From assembly GCA_028534125.1 (NCBI GenBank), contig CM052818.1, positions 35,714,001-35,778,000 on the forward strand: DNA of 64,000 bases. The letters are read 5' to 3'. A model generated the notes under the pieces. That model was not told the DNA's origin and did no database searches. It saw nothing but the letters and a program-made list of their open reading frames with translations. Positions 34,801 to 44,611 of the stretch are shown in pieces. Source of the stretch: Lama glama. Taxonomy: Eukaryota. The stretch's first letter is position 1; each line of letters opens with the position of its first letter. A program made the translations under genes and the position numbers.

Positions 34801-37800
34801 CAAAACTGACCACATGCTGGGTCACGTTCTTTAATCACAGTGGAATTAAGTTATAAATCAGTAACTAAAAAATTACTAACAAATCCCCCAATTTTTAGAA
34901 ATTAAGCAATGTATTTCTAAAATAAACCCATGGGACAAAGAAGATATCACAATGGAAATCAAAAATATTTTGAATTGAAATGATAATGAAAACATGATAT
35001 ACCAAAACTTGTGGGATATAGCTGAAGTCATGTGCTACAAACTGAACGCCTGTGTCCCTCAAAATTCATGTTGAAACCTAATGCCCAACATGATGGTATT
35101 TGGAGGTGGGGCCTTTGGGAAGTGATCAGGTCATGATGGGGGAGCCCTAATAAATGGGATTTGTGCTATTATAAAAAAGATGCCAAAGAGCTAGCCTGCC
35201 CCTTCTGCCATGCAAGGTTACAGTGAGAAGACCACCATCACTGAGTCCTCAGACACTGAATCTGTCAGTGCCACGACCTTGGACTTCACAGCATCTACAA
35301 CTGTGAAAAATAAGTATTTATTTCTTGTAAGTCATCCAGTTTATGACACTTTTGTTATTGTGGCCCATATGGATTAAGATTCTACACTTAGAAATTTATA
35401 ACCTTAAACACATACAGGAGAAAAGAAAGACTTAAAAAACAAGTATTCATCCCAAGAAGCTAGAAGACATGCCACATACATTGACTGGAAGACAATACTA
35501 TAAAGATTTCAATTCTCTTCAAATTGATGTATAGATTCAGTGCAATTCAAATCGAAACTAGGAGGTTTCTTCTTGGAAACTGACAGCCAATTCCCAAATT
35601 TATGTGGGATTTTAGAGGCCAAGAATAGCCAAGATAATTCTGAAGACCTATACCAAAGTTACCAAAACTTACAGTAATAAACCTCTGGTACCAGCACAAA
35701 GACAAACAGACCATTGGAACAGAACAGAATCCAGAAAACAGGTCCACAGTGGACCCCAAAATCCACTACAATACAATGGGAAAAGAGTGGTCTTCAAGAA
35801 GTGGTACTGGATAAACTGGATACCCATGTGGGAAAAAAAAGAAATCAAGTATGGCCTCTGTTTCACACCATACACAAAAACAAGTTCCAGATGGACTGAA
35901 ATTCTGACCAAAGTAAAAACTAAAATAAAGCTTTTAGAAAATAATACTGAGTATCTACATGATCTTAAGTTAGGCAAAGGTTTATTAAAAGGAAACAAGG
36001 ATGGTAAGCATAAAGTTAGATTCCTAAGTCAAACTTCATTAAAAGGAAGACTTTCTTTTCATCACAAGATGCCATTAGAAAGTAAAAAAGGCAAGTCTTT
36101 ACGAGAAGATTCAGAATACAGACACACAACAAAAAACTCATATCCAAAACATGTAAAGAACTCTACAATTTAATACAAGATACAACCCAATGAAAATTTT
36201 GCAAAAGGCTTGAAAAGTTCACTTCATAACAGAAGATTTTTCAAGTGTCCAATCAGGTACTTAAAATCATTAGTTATTAGGCAAGTGCAAATTCATCCAC
36301 AATGATTTACTATTATACTCTCACTAGAATGACACATTTTTAAAATTCACAATATCAAGTATTGGTAAAGATGCTGGGAAACCTTACACACTATTGCTGG
36401 GAATGTAAAATTGGTACAATCACTTTCAAATACTGCTTGGCAGTATTTACTAAAGGTAATTTGCATACCCTGTGACGCAGCAATTCAATAGAAAAGCATA
36501 TTTTTTACATCAAAAGATAGGAACAAAAGCGTTCACAGCAGCACTATTCTTAACAGCCTCAAAGCAAAACAAGCCAAATAACCTAAATATCACCAACAGT
36601 ACAGTAAGTAAATAAGTTGTGGGATTTTTCTAAAATGGAACCAACTATACAGCAATAAAAAGGAATGACCACAGCACGCACCAATATGGATGAATCTCAC
36701 AGAGATAACATTCAGCAAAAGAAGCCAGACATAACAGAGTTTACACTTTTTAGATTTACATGAAGTTCGAAACCAAATAAAACCAATGTATGGTAACAGA
36801 AACCAGAACAGTGGCTGAGGGAACAGAAGGACACAAGAGGGAGCCTTCTGGGCACTGATAATAGTCTGTATTCTGATCTACTTACCAGGAGGTGTTCATT
36901 CTGTAAAAAGGGCTTCAAATTTGTGCCCTTTATACACATACACACACACGCACACATACATATACATTTTTTACTTTAATAAAAAAAAGTGAAGGAAGGC
37001 AGAGAGGGAGGAAGAGAAGAAACAGGGGAGAGGGAGAGAAAGAAGAGGAGGGAAGGCAAGAAAAAGAAGGCAGGCTGACTTTAACCCATAGGCAATGATT
37101 GGTTACTGACACTTTGAACAAGGAAATTTGTCATTTAATGAAAAAATGTAGTGTTTTATGAAGATTTTCTTGGCTATACTTATTGAAGTATTAATACTAG
37201 AAGAGAACCAACTAGCAGACTGCTGCAATAATCCTGCCACCCGAATCACCTGGTAAAGATTTAGGATGTGTGGCTAATACAGGAGCTACGGCAAGGGAGG
37301 TAGAGGAGAGGGAAGCACGTAGACAATCTAAAGAAGAATATGACAGGTCTTGCCAACTGGACCTGGACTAGAGAGAAAACTGAAAAGAGGGAGGAGTCAA
37401 AGTTTACTGTGAGGTTTCAAGTTGGGTAATAGATAGTGCTAATGACAAAAGTACCAGTGACTCAAGTCGGGCTGAGGTTGAGGTAACAAGCGCATGTCTA
37501 TGAGGGCAGGTGAAGAGACTACTATAAAGAATTCACCTGGCCCATCAGCAATGCCTGCCAACTGTTAATGGATATCGGTATTAACTGACTCTACAGCTTT
37601 GATCATTTGAGGAATCAAGAACTGAAATTGATCCAGTAAGAGCACAGGTAAAACGCATTATACAAATTTGCTAATTCCCAGATCACGTTTGTTTTTTCCC
37701 ACTCTAGGAAAGCCTGCCAACATCAATCACCCTTCTACTCACTCTGGCTTGATGTTGTTTCACTTCAGCATTCAATCTATCTCGCAGAAGTCTCAGTTTA

Positions 37801-39255
37801 TGAATCTTGGTTCCAAGAGCACTTTCCACTGCCTGTTCTCTCTGTGGCTCTTCCAATTTTTTATGGGATTTACTTAGCTGAATCTCTAGTCTTTCCAAGT
37901 GAGCTAAAACACCTGAGGAAAGTAAATAGGGAATTTTCACAAGAAGTTAAGGATTTCTAACTCTGGCAACAGGAAGCATTACAGGGAATAACAGAGGGTG
38001 ACACTTTTCTTTAGAACTTTGTGGCCTGCCAACTTGTAGATGTTGGCAACAATTTATAAAACAAGAGGAACTGACAACAGAAGTCAATGATCAGCAACCT
38101 CTTAGGCCGAACACTGACCTACAAGCAGTTCCTGACCAAGACATTGTTCAAAGAGGGCATTACCTGAACCTAACTAATCTCAGTTATCCATAATAATAGT
38201 GATTTAAGGAAAACAGGGTCACCAAAATCACTGACTCTCTCAGAAACTTTTTTTAATGTAGAATTGTTTTTTAAATTGGGTTTTAAGTATGCTTTCCCAA
38301 AATGCTAGTGTGTAACTCTGGATTTAGACATCCAAACAGACTTGAATAAGTACTTTGAAGCTCTGAAAGCATCGGACTATAAAGGTATACACTAAAGAGA
38401 ACTGTCCACCATTATTACTGGATACTAGAGAGGAAAACAAGCTCACTAATGGACAGAAGTTCAGGAGCAAATCTCAGTTTCCAAGAGACTGACTAAAGAT
38501 CAATAGAGTAAAGGTCACAGTTTCATACTGCTAATCAATTCTAACAACAAAGTTATCTGTGAACATTCCCTACATATTAAGACACTTCTGCTAGATCCTT
38601 TACTTGAAAAGCATGCAAAGAATTAAATAAAGCATTTATTGACTATTTCATATACACTATGCATATGCTAAATGCTTTACTTGAAAAGCATGAAAAGAAT
38701 TACTTAATTTCCACAATCACCACCACAATGCTATTATTCACCCCCATTTTCCAGATGAAGCAACTGAAGCAGAGAAAGGTAAAAGAACTTGCCCAAGGTC
38801 AAAATATTTATAACAGCAGAGCCAGGACTCAAACCTGAGTCCAACCAATACCACTCACTGCCTGTACTGCCCCTTCCACAGGAGTAATACATAAATAGCC
38901 CCAAAACATCCTGGGAAGAAGGTAAAGAAAGCTCACTGGCTAGAACTGTAGCTCTGGATACATTCGGCATACTATGAAGGCAACCTATGGGTCTAAAAGG
39001 GGGCAAGAGGCTAGAAATATTTGAAGTAATTTTTCCTGTCCAATGATCTTAGCTGCCTGGTCCCTTAAAAGTCTTCAATGTTAGTTCCTTTCACCATTCT
39101 GCTCCCAAACAGGGCAAGTCACACATCAGTAAGAGGATGAAAGGGCTTTCGACCTGGGAGTTATCTTCAGGCAGCAGTAGTAAGGGGGGAAAAGCGACCC
39201 TCTGAGTACCTCCTTTGGACTCGCCGTCCTGACTTTGAGCATTCGCCAGCTCCAT
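28710..39255 (-). CDS. CENPO: Centromere protein O, complete, 6 coding exons, 300 aa
   Basis: 46+170+118+260+172+137 = 903 nt. MELANAQSQDGESKGGVLAHLERLE...STAFEGNLLDSYFVDL...KGEKLDMSLVS*; all GT-AG. Confidence 0.96.
29610..29781 (-). CDS. CENPO: CENPO exon SDFAAYLAGPLQRNSLCNLLSFTYK...DVTVTYR
   Basis: cattag|AGT acceptor, GAG|gtaagg donor, 172 nt. Confidence 0.94.
30718..30977 (-). CDS. CENPO: CENPO exon ISGKLTSRGVCVCISTAFEG...YQADRLQ
   Basis: tctcag|GG acceptor, CAG|gtatct donor, 260 nt. Confidence 0.96.
31652..31769 (-). CDS. CENPO: CENPO exon VKASAANVESDQTLEISEQE...QAYRFT
   Basis: ttgcag|GTT acceptor, CAG|gtataa donor, 118 nt. Confidence 0.93.
31893..32049 (+). mobile_element. tRNA-derived SINE, camelid Vic-1-like
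   Basis: GGGGGGAGGG head, degenerate A box, B box GGTTCAATCCC, AAATAAATAAACCTAATTAC body, A tail; imperfect TSD AAGAACTGCTAC / AAGAAACGCTAC. Confidence 0.8.
32330..36990 (+). mobile_element. Ancient degraded LINE-1 (L1M-type) in a CENPO intron, antisense to the gene
   Basis: A-rich strand; ORF2 remnants HWNRTES, WINWIPMWEK, FTPYTKTSSRW...KIKLLENN...LHDLKLGKGLL; L1M-like 3' end with AATAAA near 36978. Confidence 0.85.
35033..35380 (+). mobile_element. MaLR solo LTR (MLT1A-like) nested in the L1
   Basis: TGCTAC...GTCCCTCAAAATTCATGTTGAAACCTAAT...GGTATTTGGAGGTGGGGCCTTTGGGAAGTGAT...CTTGGACTTCACAGCATCTACAACTGTGA...TTTTGTTAT. Confidence 0.85.
37743..37912 (-). CDS. CENPO: CENPO exon VLAHLERLEIQL...KQHQAR
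   Basis: cctcag|GT acceptor, AGA|gtgagt donor, 170 nt. Confidence 0.94.
38630..38870 (-). mobile_element. MIR SINE
   Basis: CCCCATTTTCCAGATGAAGCAACTGAAGCAGAGAAAGGTAAAAGAACTTGCCCAAGGTCA...GCAGAGCCAGGACTCAAACC. Confidence 0.75.
39210..39255 (-). CDS. CENPO: CENPO first coding exon, coding part MELANAQSQDGESKG (exon probably starts at 39313)
   Basis: GAGATGG start context, GAG|gtactc donor, upstream ttttcttttgccgccaag|G acceptor. Confidence 0.88.
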
Positions 39256-39591
39256 CTCCAGATTTCCAGGCGCCTGCCTATGAAGTTGTCCAGGCACCAG
39301 TCATAGGGTTTTCCTTGGCGGCAAAAGAAAATGACACGAATCTACCCACATTCAGATAAATCCATACGGCAGGCACACCCGCTAGGACTCCCCTTCCCTG
39401 ACCCGCCCCGTCCGTTCCCGGGGTCCGAGTCGGCGGCGTCCTCGTCTGCCTCCGGCCCCTTGCGCGCTCCCGAGGACGCGGGGCCTCTGGTTCAGCCGGG
39501 TGTCCTTGCACAAGGAAGGAGCTGTAAGAGTCTGTTCAGCCTTCCACCCTGGGTATGGCCCCGTCCCCAATGGGTCGCACTTTTCCCTTAC

Positions 39592-39710
39592 CTCCTTTCC
39601 TCTTGCTCCCTCAGGCCAGGGCCAAGACTTCCCGCCGTCTTTGCCTTCAAACCCGAGCCAGCCGGTCCCAGAGTGCTTTGCGCTCCAGCCGTACAAAGAC
39701 ATGGCGGCGC
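39592..39710 (-). other. CENPO: Probable CENPO leader exon 1 (5' end unknown)
   Basis: Strong minus-strand donor GAG|gtaagg at 39592/39591, upstream of the 39313 acceptor. Confidence 0.6.
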
Positions 39711-39734
39711 TCGGGGCCCCTCCCTGATCCCGGC

Positions 39735-39986
39735 ATGCACCGGGGAGTAGGTCCGGCCTTTCTGTTGGGTAGGAAGATGGCGGCCTCTGGCATGGAGACG
39801 CAGATCCTGGTACAATATTTGGTGTTACGAAAGGATCTCTCACAGGCTCCGTTTTCCTGGCCAGCGGGCGCATTGGTAGCACAGGCTTGTCACGCAGCCA
39901 CCGCCGCCTTACAAATTCACCGCGACCACCCGCACACGGAAGCTTACCTCCGGGAGCTGGGGCGCATGCGCAAAGTGGTCCTCGAG
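39735..39986 (+). CDS. PTRHD1: PTRHD1 exon 1 coding part
   Basis: ATG at 39735 (second ATG at 39777), GAG|gtgagg donor. Confidence 0.93.
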
Positions 39987-41886
39987 GTGAGGCACGGGGC
40001 GGAGGGGGAGGGGCGCTGAGGGGAAAGAGACCGGAAGTGGGTGTGGACTTGAGTCCCAGGGCCTAACTTCGTGGAGTGGGCGTGGCGTTAGTGGGGAGGG
40101 GTGTTTAACTTCTAAGTTTTGGGAAGGGTTCTGGGGCTTGAGCTATTTCCCAGGCAGCCTTACCTCGGCTGGGCGGGGCCTGCCGGTGTGACGATTGGAC
40201 GTTGGGCCCTTTATTAATGCTTTCGCCCCTCTCTGGTCTCACCTGCGTCCCTCTTAAGTAAATGCCAGTGAGGCGGAGGCTGGTAATGAGACACCTGCCT
40301 TTCTACCTGTGCCCTGGGCCCGCCTAATTTAATGGCTGCGCCGATACCTTCCTTAGCCCTCTCCGTAAAACCGATCCAGAAGGGTAAGGACATGGGGTTC
40401 CTAATTGCAAGTGAACCCAAACTGAAACATTTTCCTGGGTATGACGCCAAATTATTTGAAAATATATGTGAGCCCTAGTATTAATTGAACTTAGTATCAG
40501 AAATACCGAACACCAGGGGTGTAAAAGAAAGGTAAGATTCTTTTTACAGATGGCCAGATTTTACCCTTACCTTCTGTCAGTTGTGCCTCTAGAAATGTAT
40601 CCTAAGAATATAAGATGTATTCTTGTACATCTTAATACCTAAGGAGTAGTGTACAAGGATATTCATGGTGGCACTTTATAATAAAAAATGTGGAAATTTA
40701 TTTTTGATACCATGGGTTGGCTAACTGTAAGCCCTTATAATGGATTATTATGAAACTAGCATAAATCATGTTTTTGAAGCATATTTAGGTGGTATGGATG
40801 AGTGCTCATGATGTGATGCTAATTGAACTATATTCTACATACAAAATGATCCTGATTTTGAAAGGAAAAACTAAGAAGTACATCCAGATATTAAATTGGG
40901 GGGTGGAATTCTCGTTATTTCCTAATGCTTCTCTATTCTTTTTAGTATTCTACATTAAGCACATATTTTATACTGAAAAAAATACTGCTTTCATTTTAAA
41001 GCAATTTTATTCTAATTATAAAAATTATTTATTTTAATAAATAAACAAATCAGAACACTAGGGTGGAGGGGTCAGGTAATTCCTTCTTGGTTAGCTGGCA
41101 AAAACAGATTATTTTTCAAAAGAGAAAAATTGCTGTTGGGTAGTGAAACATCAAATAGTAACCTGTAGGAAAATGTCTTAAGAATCTGTAAGTAGGCAGA
41201 AAAGAAACAGCTTTTCCTTTAGATTCTTCTTCTAGAACTTTAATGGGAAGTCTTCAAGAAATCATGTGGTTTAGACATCCCTCACTGTCTTGCTTTCAGT
41301 CAGATAAAATGTTTACCCCTTTTCTCAGATGAGACACCTGAAGCCCACAGAGATTAAGTGACTCCTCTGAGTTTAAAAGACATATCCTATGATTCTATTG
41401 TTAGCTATGACTCAAGAAAGGGACTTAGGATTCACTACTGATTAAATAAAGGTGCTGCTGTAGCCATAAAGACCAATAAAATAAAAGACAATGCCAAGAT
41501 TACCCACTCCCACCCCAGGCAGTTTATTTAAAGTTCTTCAGAGAGTGAATGGCAAATGGAGCGATGAAGCTGTTGCTTCTAGAAGCCTGCTCTACAGCTC
41601 CATCTTTGGTAGACTTGTTCCTCCACTTTCAGTTAAGTGGAGCCCCCCACTTTTTTTCCTTTGCCTTTTGACACTTCCTAAATAGGCTACTCAGTCTGTG
41701 TTCTGCTTCTTGCAGGCCCCAGATGAGACCACCTTAAAGTTGCTGGCTGAGACACTGCAACAGAAGAACGTTGACCACATGCTGTGGCTGGAACAACCAG
41801 AGAACATCCCCACTTGCATTGCACTCCGTCCCTACCCCAAGGAAGAAGTGAACCAGTATTTGAAGAAGTTCCGATTATTCAAATGA
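39735..41886 (+). CDS. PTRHD1: Peptidyl-tRNA hydrolase domain-containing protein 1 (PTH2 family), 2 exons, 140 aa
   Basis: 252+171 nt. MHRGVGPAF...[11 protein letters not shown]...[11 protein letters not shown]...MRKVVLE|APDE...[19 protein letters not shown]...FRLFK*. Confidence 0.97.
41716..41886 (+). CDS. PTRHD1: PTRHD1 exon 2 coding part
   Basis: ttgcag|GCC acceptor, TGA ends at 41886. Confidence 0.96.
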   Translation, partial: APDETTLKLLAETLQQKNVDHMLWLEQPENIPTCIALRPYPKEEVNQYLKKFRLFK

Positions 41887-42028
41887 CTGATGTCTTCAAT
41901 TGCTGATATGTTTGAGTATCAGCTAGATCCAGAAACCGCATGCCATCCATCCCTAAGCAGCATGTACTCCTTTCAGTCGCAACTCCCTCTTCCCTTTAAA
42001 TTATGGCAGTTTCCTGACACATGTTCAT

Positions 42029-42051
42029 ATTAAACACGTGTTCATATTAAA
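42029..42051 (+). terminator. PTRHD1 candidate poly(A) signals (two ATTAAA)
   Basis: ATTAAA at 42029-42034 and 42046-42051, about 150 nt after the stop, followed by U-rich sequence. Confidence 0.6.
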
Positions 42052-43028
42052 GTTGTCATTAATTACTATTTCCTCTTATTTTTACTAGTAATAAGTTCAA
42101 AGGGGGAAGGTAGGTGAGTAGCAATATTGTCTTGGGTCATTGCTCAAATAGGGGATTTGGGTAGACTCCTATGTAGGGGTCAAGGAAATGCCCTCCCTTT
42201 TTTGTTAGGAATAATAGAGTTCTTCCAATCACCCAGGTTTAAAACTTTGTCTTTGAATTCCTTATTTCTTATCCACATCCAGGTATTTCAATCATTGAAT
42301 TTAGGGCACCATCAGCTTTAATATACACTGACATTTTATGTGTTGTTAAGAAAGGAAGAATGCTGCCAATTAAATTGAGACATGCAATTAACTATAAGAT
42401 GTATTCCAGTGCCACCACCCTGAATTAGGCTCTCATTTTGCTCATGAGTGTCCCACTGGTCTGCTTACCTCCAGTGTATCCTGGTTACAAGGTAGCAAAC
42501 GTTCTGCTGCCAGGTTCATATAGGATCATGGAGCACTCTTTTAAGTATAGGCTCCAACTTGCCCATGGAATAAAATCCTTAGCTCAGCCCTCAGGACCTC
42601 CACGTTTGTATTTCAACACCTGTCTTTTTAGGTGAATCTTCTATTCCCTTATCCAAACTTAATGCTTCAACAAAGACACTCCAGCTGCTGCTCTTCTGTC
42701 TCTGGCCTGGGAGTCAAATGTTAATACTCAACCCCTCCCTTTCCTGCCTCTGGACTTAAACTATTTCTGGCTCAAGTGCTATCATCTTCACAAAGTCTTA
42801 CCAGCCAAAAACGATAGCTCCCCTTTCTAAACGTCTGTAACACTCTGTACAGTCCTTAAAATATTCCTATAAACATTTGGAGGCATCTGTGAAGCAAAGC
42901 GTATAAAGGGTAATTTGTTCAACAGATAACTGTTGCATGTCTGCTGTGGCAGGCTGTACTAAGAGCTGAAGAGATAAAGATGAATAAACGTTTTTGCCTT
43001 TAGGTAGTGAAGACTCTAGTGAAAAGAC

Positions 43029-43091
<63 letters not shown>
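43029..43091. repeat. (TAGA)15 tetranucleotide microsatellite
   Basis: Uninterrupted ATAG/TAGA run. Confidence 0.97.
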
Positions 43092-43093
<2 letters not shown>

Positions 43094-43879
43094 TCAAACA
43101 GACGTGTACAAGGCAATATGGGTACACTTCCCCCCACCCCACACCCATGCCCTCTAGATATCAAGGCTGCCAAGATACAAGACAGGAAGATTTTTCTTTA
43201 CAGGAGACAGTCACTTGAAACTAGGAGAGTGGATAGGGTCTCCCAGGGAGAACTGGTAGAGTGCTGAGGGCAGAACCAGCACCAGGAAGCCAAGTGAATG
43301 GAGTCTCAAGAGGGAGAAAGCAATTAAGTGCAGCAGCAGAGAACTGCAGTAAATAAGAGCCGAAAACATTCAGCACTTGGGAACATGTTGGTTAACTTGG
43401 TGAAAGCAGTTTAAACAGCATATGCAGGTGGGAATCCGATTGGAATCTACTGAGAAAGAATGGGAGGGAAGGTAGAGGGAATTGTTTTAAGAAGCTTGAA
43501 TGGGAGGAGAGAGGACAATGATTGAATGGGGACTGGAAAGGTGAATGCTGGGTCCCACGGTGGGGGGGCAGGTTTCTTAGATGCTTGAGCAAGTTGATAG
43601 GTGAGGACAAGGAGAGGAGAGATTGAACTTACTACATAGAATAACTGATAAGAGAAGTTCAGGAGAAAATAAGAGGTAGGGTCAAGGGCATAAGGAAGGG
43701 CTGGCTTTGCACAGAGAGAGAGGAAACTTTTTTGAGAATAGAGGAAAGGAAGTGGGGGAAAGTATGAATATACATTAAATTTATAGTGAAAGAAACACCT
43801 GTTGACCGAATTTCCTATGAAATGGGACACATATAGCCTCTTATAACATGGAACAGACTTACTGAGCACTATGTTATAT

Positions 43880-44095
43880 AGTATAGCATAGTGGTTAAAG
43901 TTCAGATTCTTGTATGAAACTGCCTGAGTCCAAATCCTGCTCTCATACATTCAAGCTGTGTGACCTTGGGCAAGTCACTCAAGTTCCCTGAGCCCCAGGA
44001 TCTTCATCTGTAAAACAGGAATTTACAGGAGTGCTGTGTGGGTTAAATGTGTCAGTATGTACAGACCCCTTGGAACAGAGCGGGGGCACTTGGTG
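43880..44095 (+). mobile_element. MIR SINE
   Basis: TAGTGGTTAA...AGCTGTGTGACCTTGGGCAAGTCACT...TTCATCTGTAAAACAGG core. Confidence 0.8.
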
Positions 44096-44508
44096 CTAGA
44101 ACCTGAGTGTAAAAATGTAAGACTCAGCCCTCAAAGAGCTTTCAGTCACATAAGCCAGTGTCTAATTCCTTTTCTGCTAGGGACTGATGCCCTCCACTCC
44201 CTGCTATTTCCATTCAAAACAATTAGGAAAACGTTTCCATATGATACTGTATTTTTAAAAAAATTTTCAAGTTCAAATTCTACAGTAAGACAATGATAAA
44301 GCCAGAGAGAGTTGAGTGTCTACACAGCTTGGAGAGAAGAGCTAGGCAGATCCCTAAAGCAAAGATCTGAGCACAAATAGCATAAATTTTTACCCAGATG
44401 AGGAAAGGACAAGGCACTCATGTGCTGACCCAAATGAGAGCAAGACAGTAGCCAGGAAGTGGCAGCTTTTCTCATTAGAATCAGATAAGATCATTATCAG
44501 AACTAGAC

Positions 44509-44611
44509 CAGTGGTTCTCTAAGTGTGGTCCCTAGATCAGCATCGCTTGGGTACTTGTTAGAAATAGAAGTTCTCAGGCCTTACCCCAGACGCACTGAAT
44601 CAGAAACTCTG
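44509..44611 (+). mobile_element. MER5A-like hAT DNA transposon fragment
   Basis: CAGTGGTTCTCTAAGTGTGGTCCC...CTTGTTAGAAAT...TCTCAGGCC...CCCCAGAC...CTGAATCAGAAACTCTGG. Confidence 0.8.

Larger units (their letters stand above)
39360..40210. promoter_or_regulatory. CpG-island bidirectional promoter shared by CENPO and PTRHD1
   Basis: Visibly CpG-dense. YY1-type ATGGCGGC at 39701 and AAGATGGCGGC 39774-39784; NRF1 GCGCATGCGC 39962-39971; ETS ACCGGAAGTG 40030-40039; GC box 40171-40180; CCAAT at 39567 and ATTGG at 40194; E2F-like TTCCCGCC 39629-39636; CHR-like TTCAAA 39646-39651. Confidence 0.9.

Noticed and set aside
35547..36173. ORFs with reverse-transcriptase-element similarity
   Set aside because: Frameshifted fragments of a dead L1 ORF2, not an intact or novel retroelement
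38598..38702. Repeat-spacer-repeat pattern with CRISPR-like dimensions
   Set aside because: Only two copies, in a mammalian intron, with no cas genes; better explained as a local duplication
39555..39734. In-frame 60-aa upstream extension of PTRHD1 from ATG 39555
   Set aside because: Lies across the CENPO leader on the other strand, probably upstream of the PTRHD1 TSS; not part of the PTRHD1 protein as I know it
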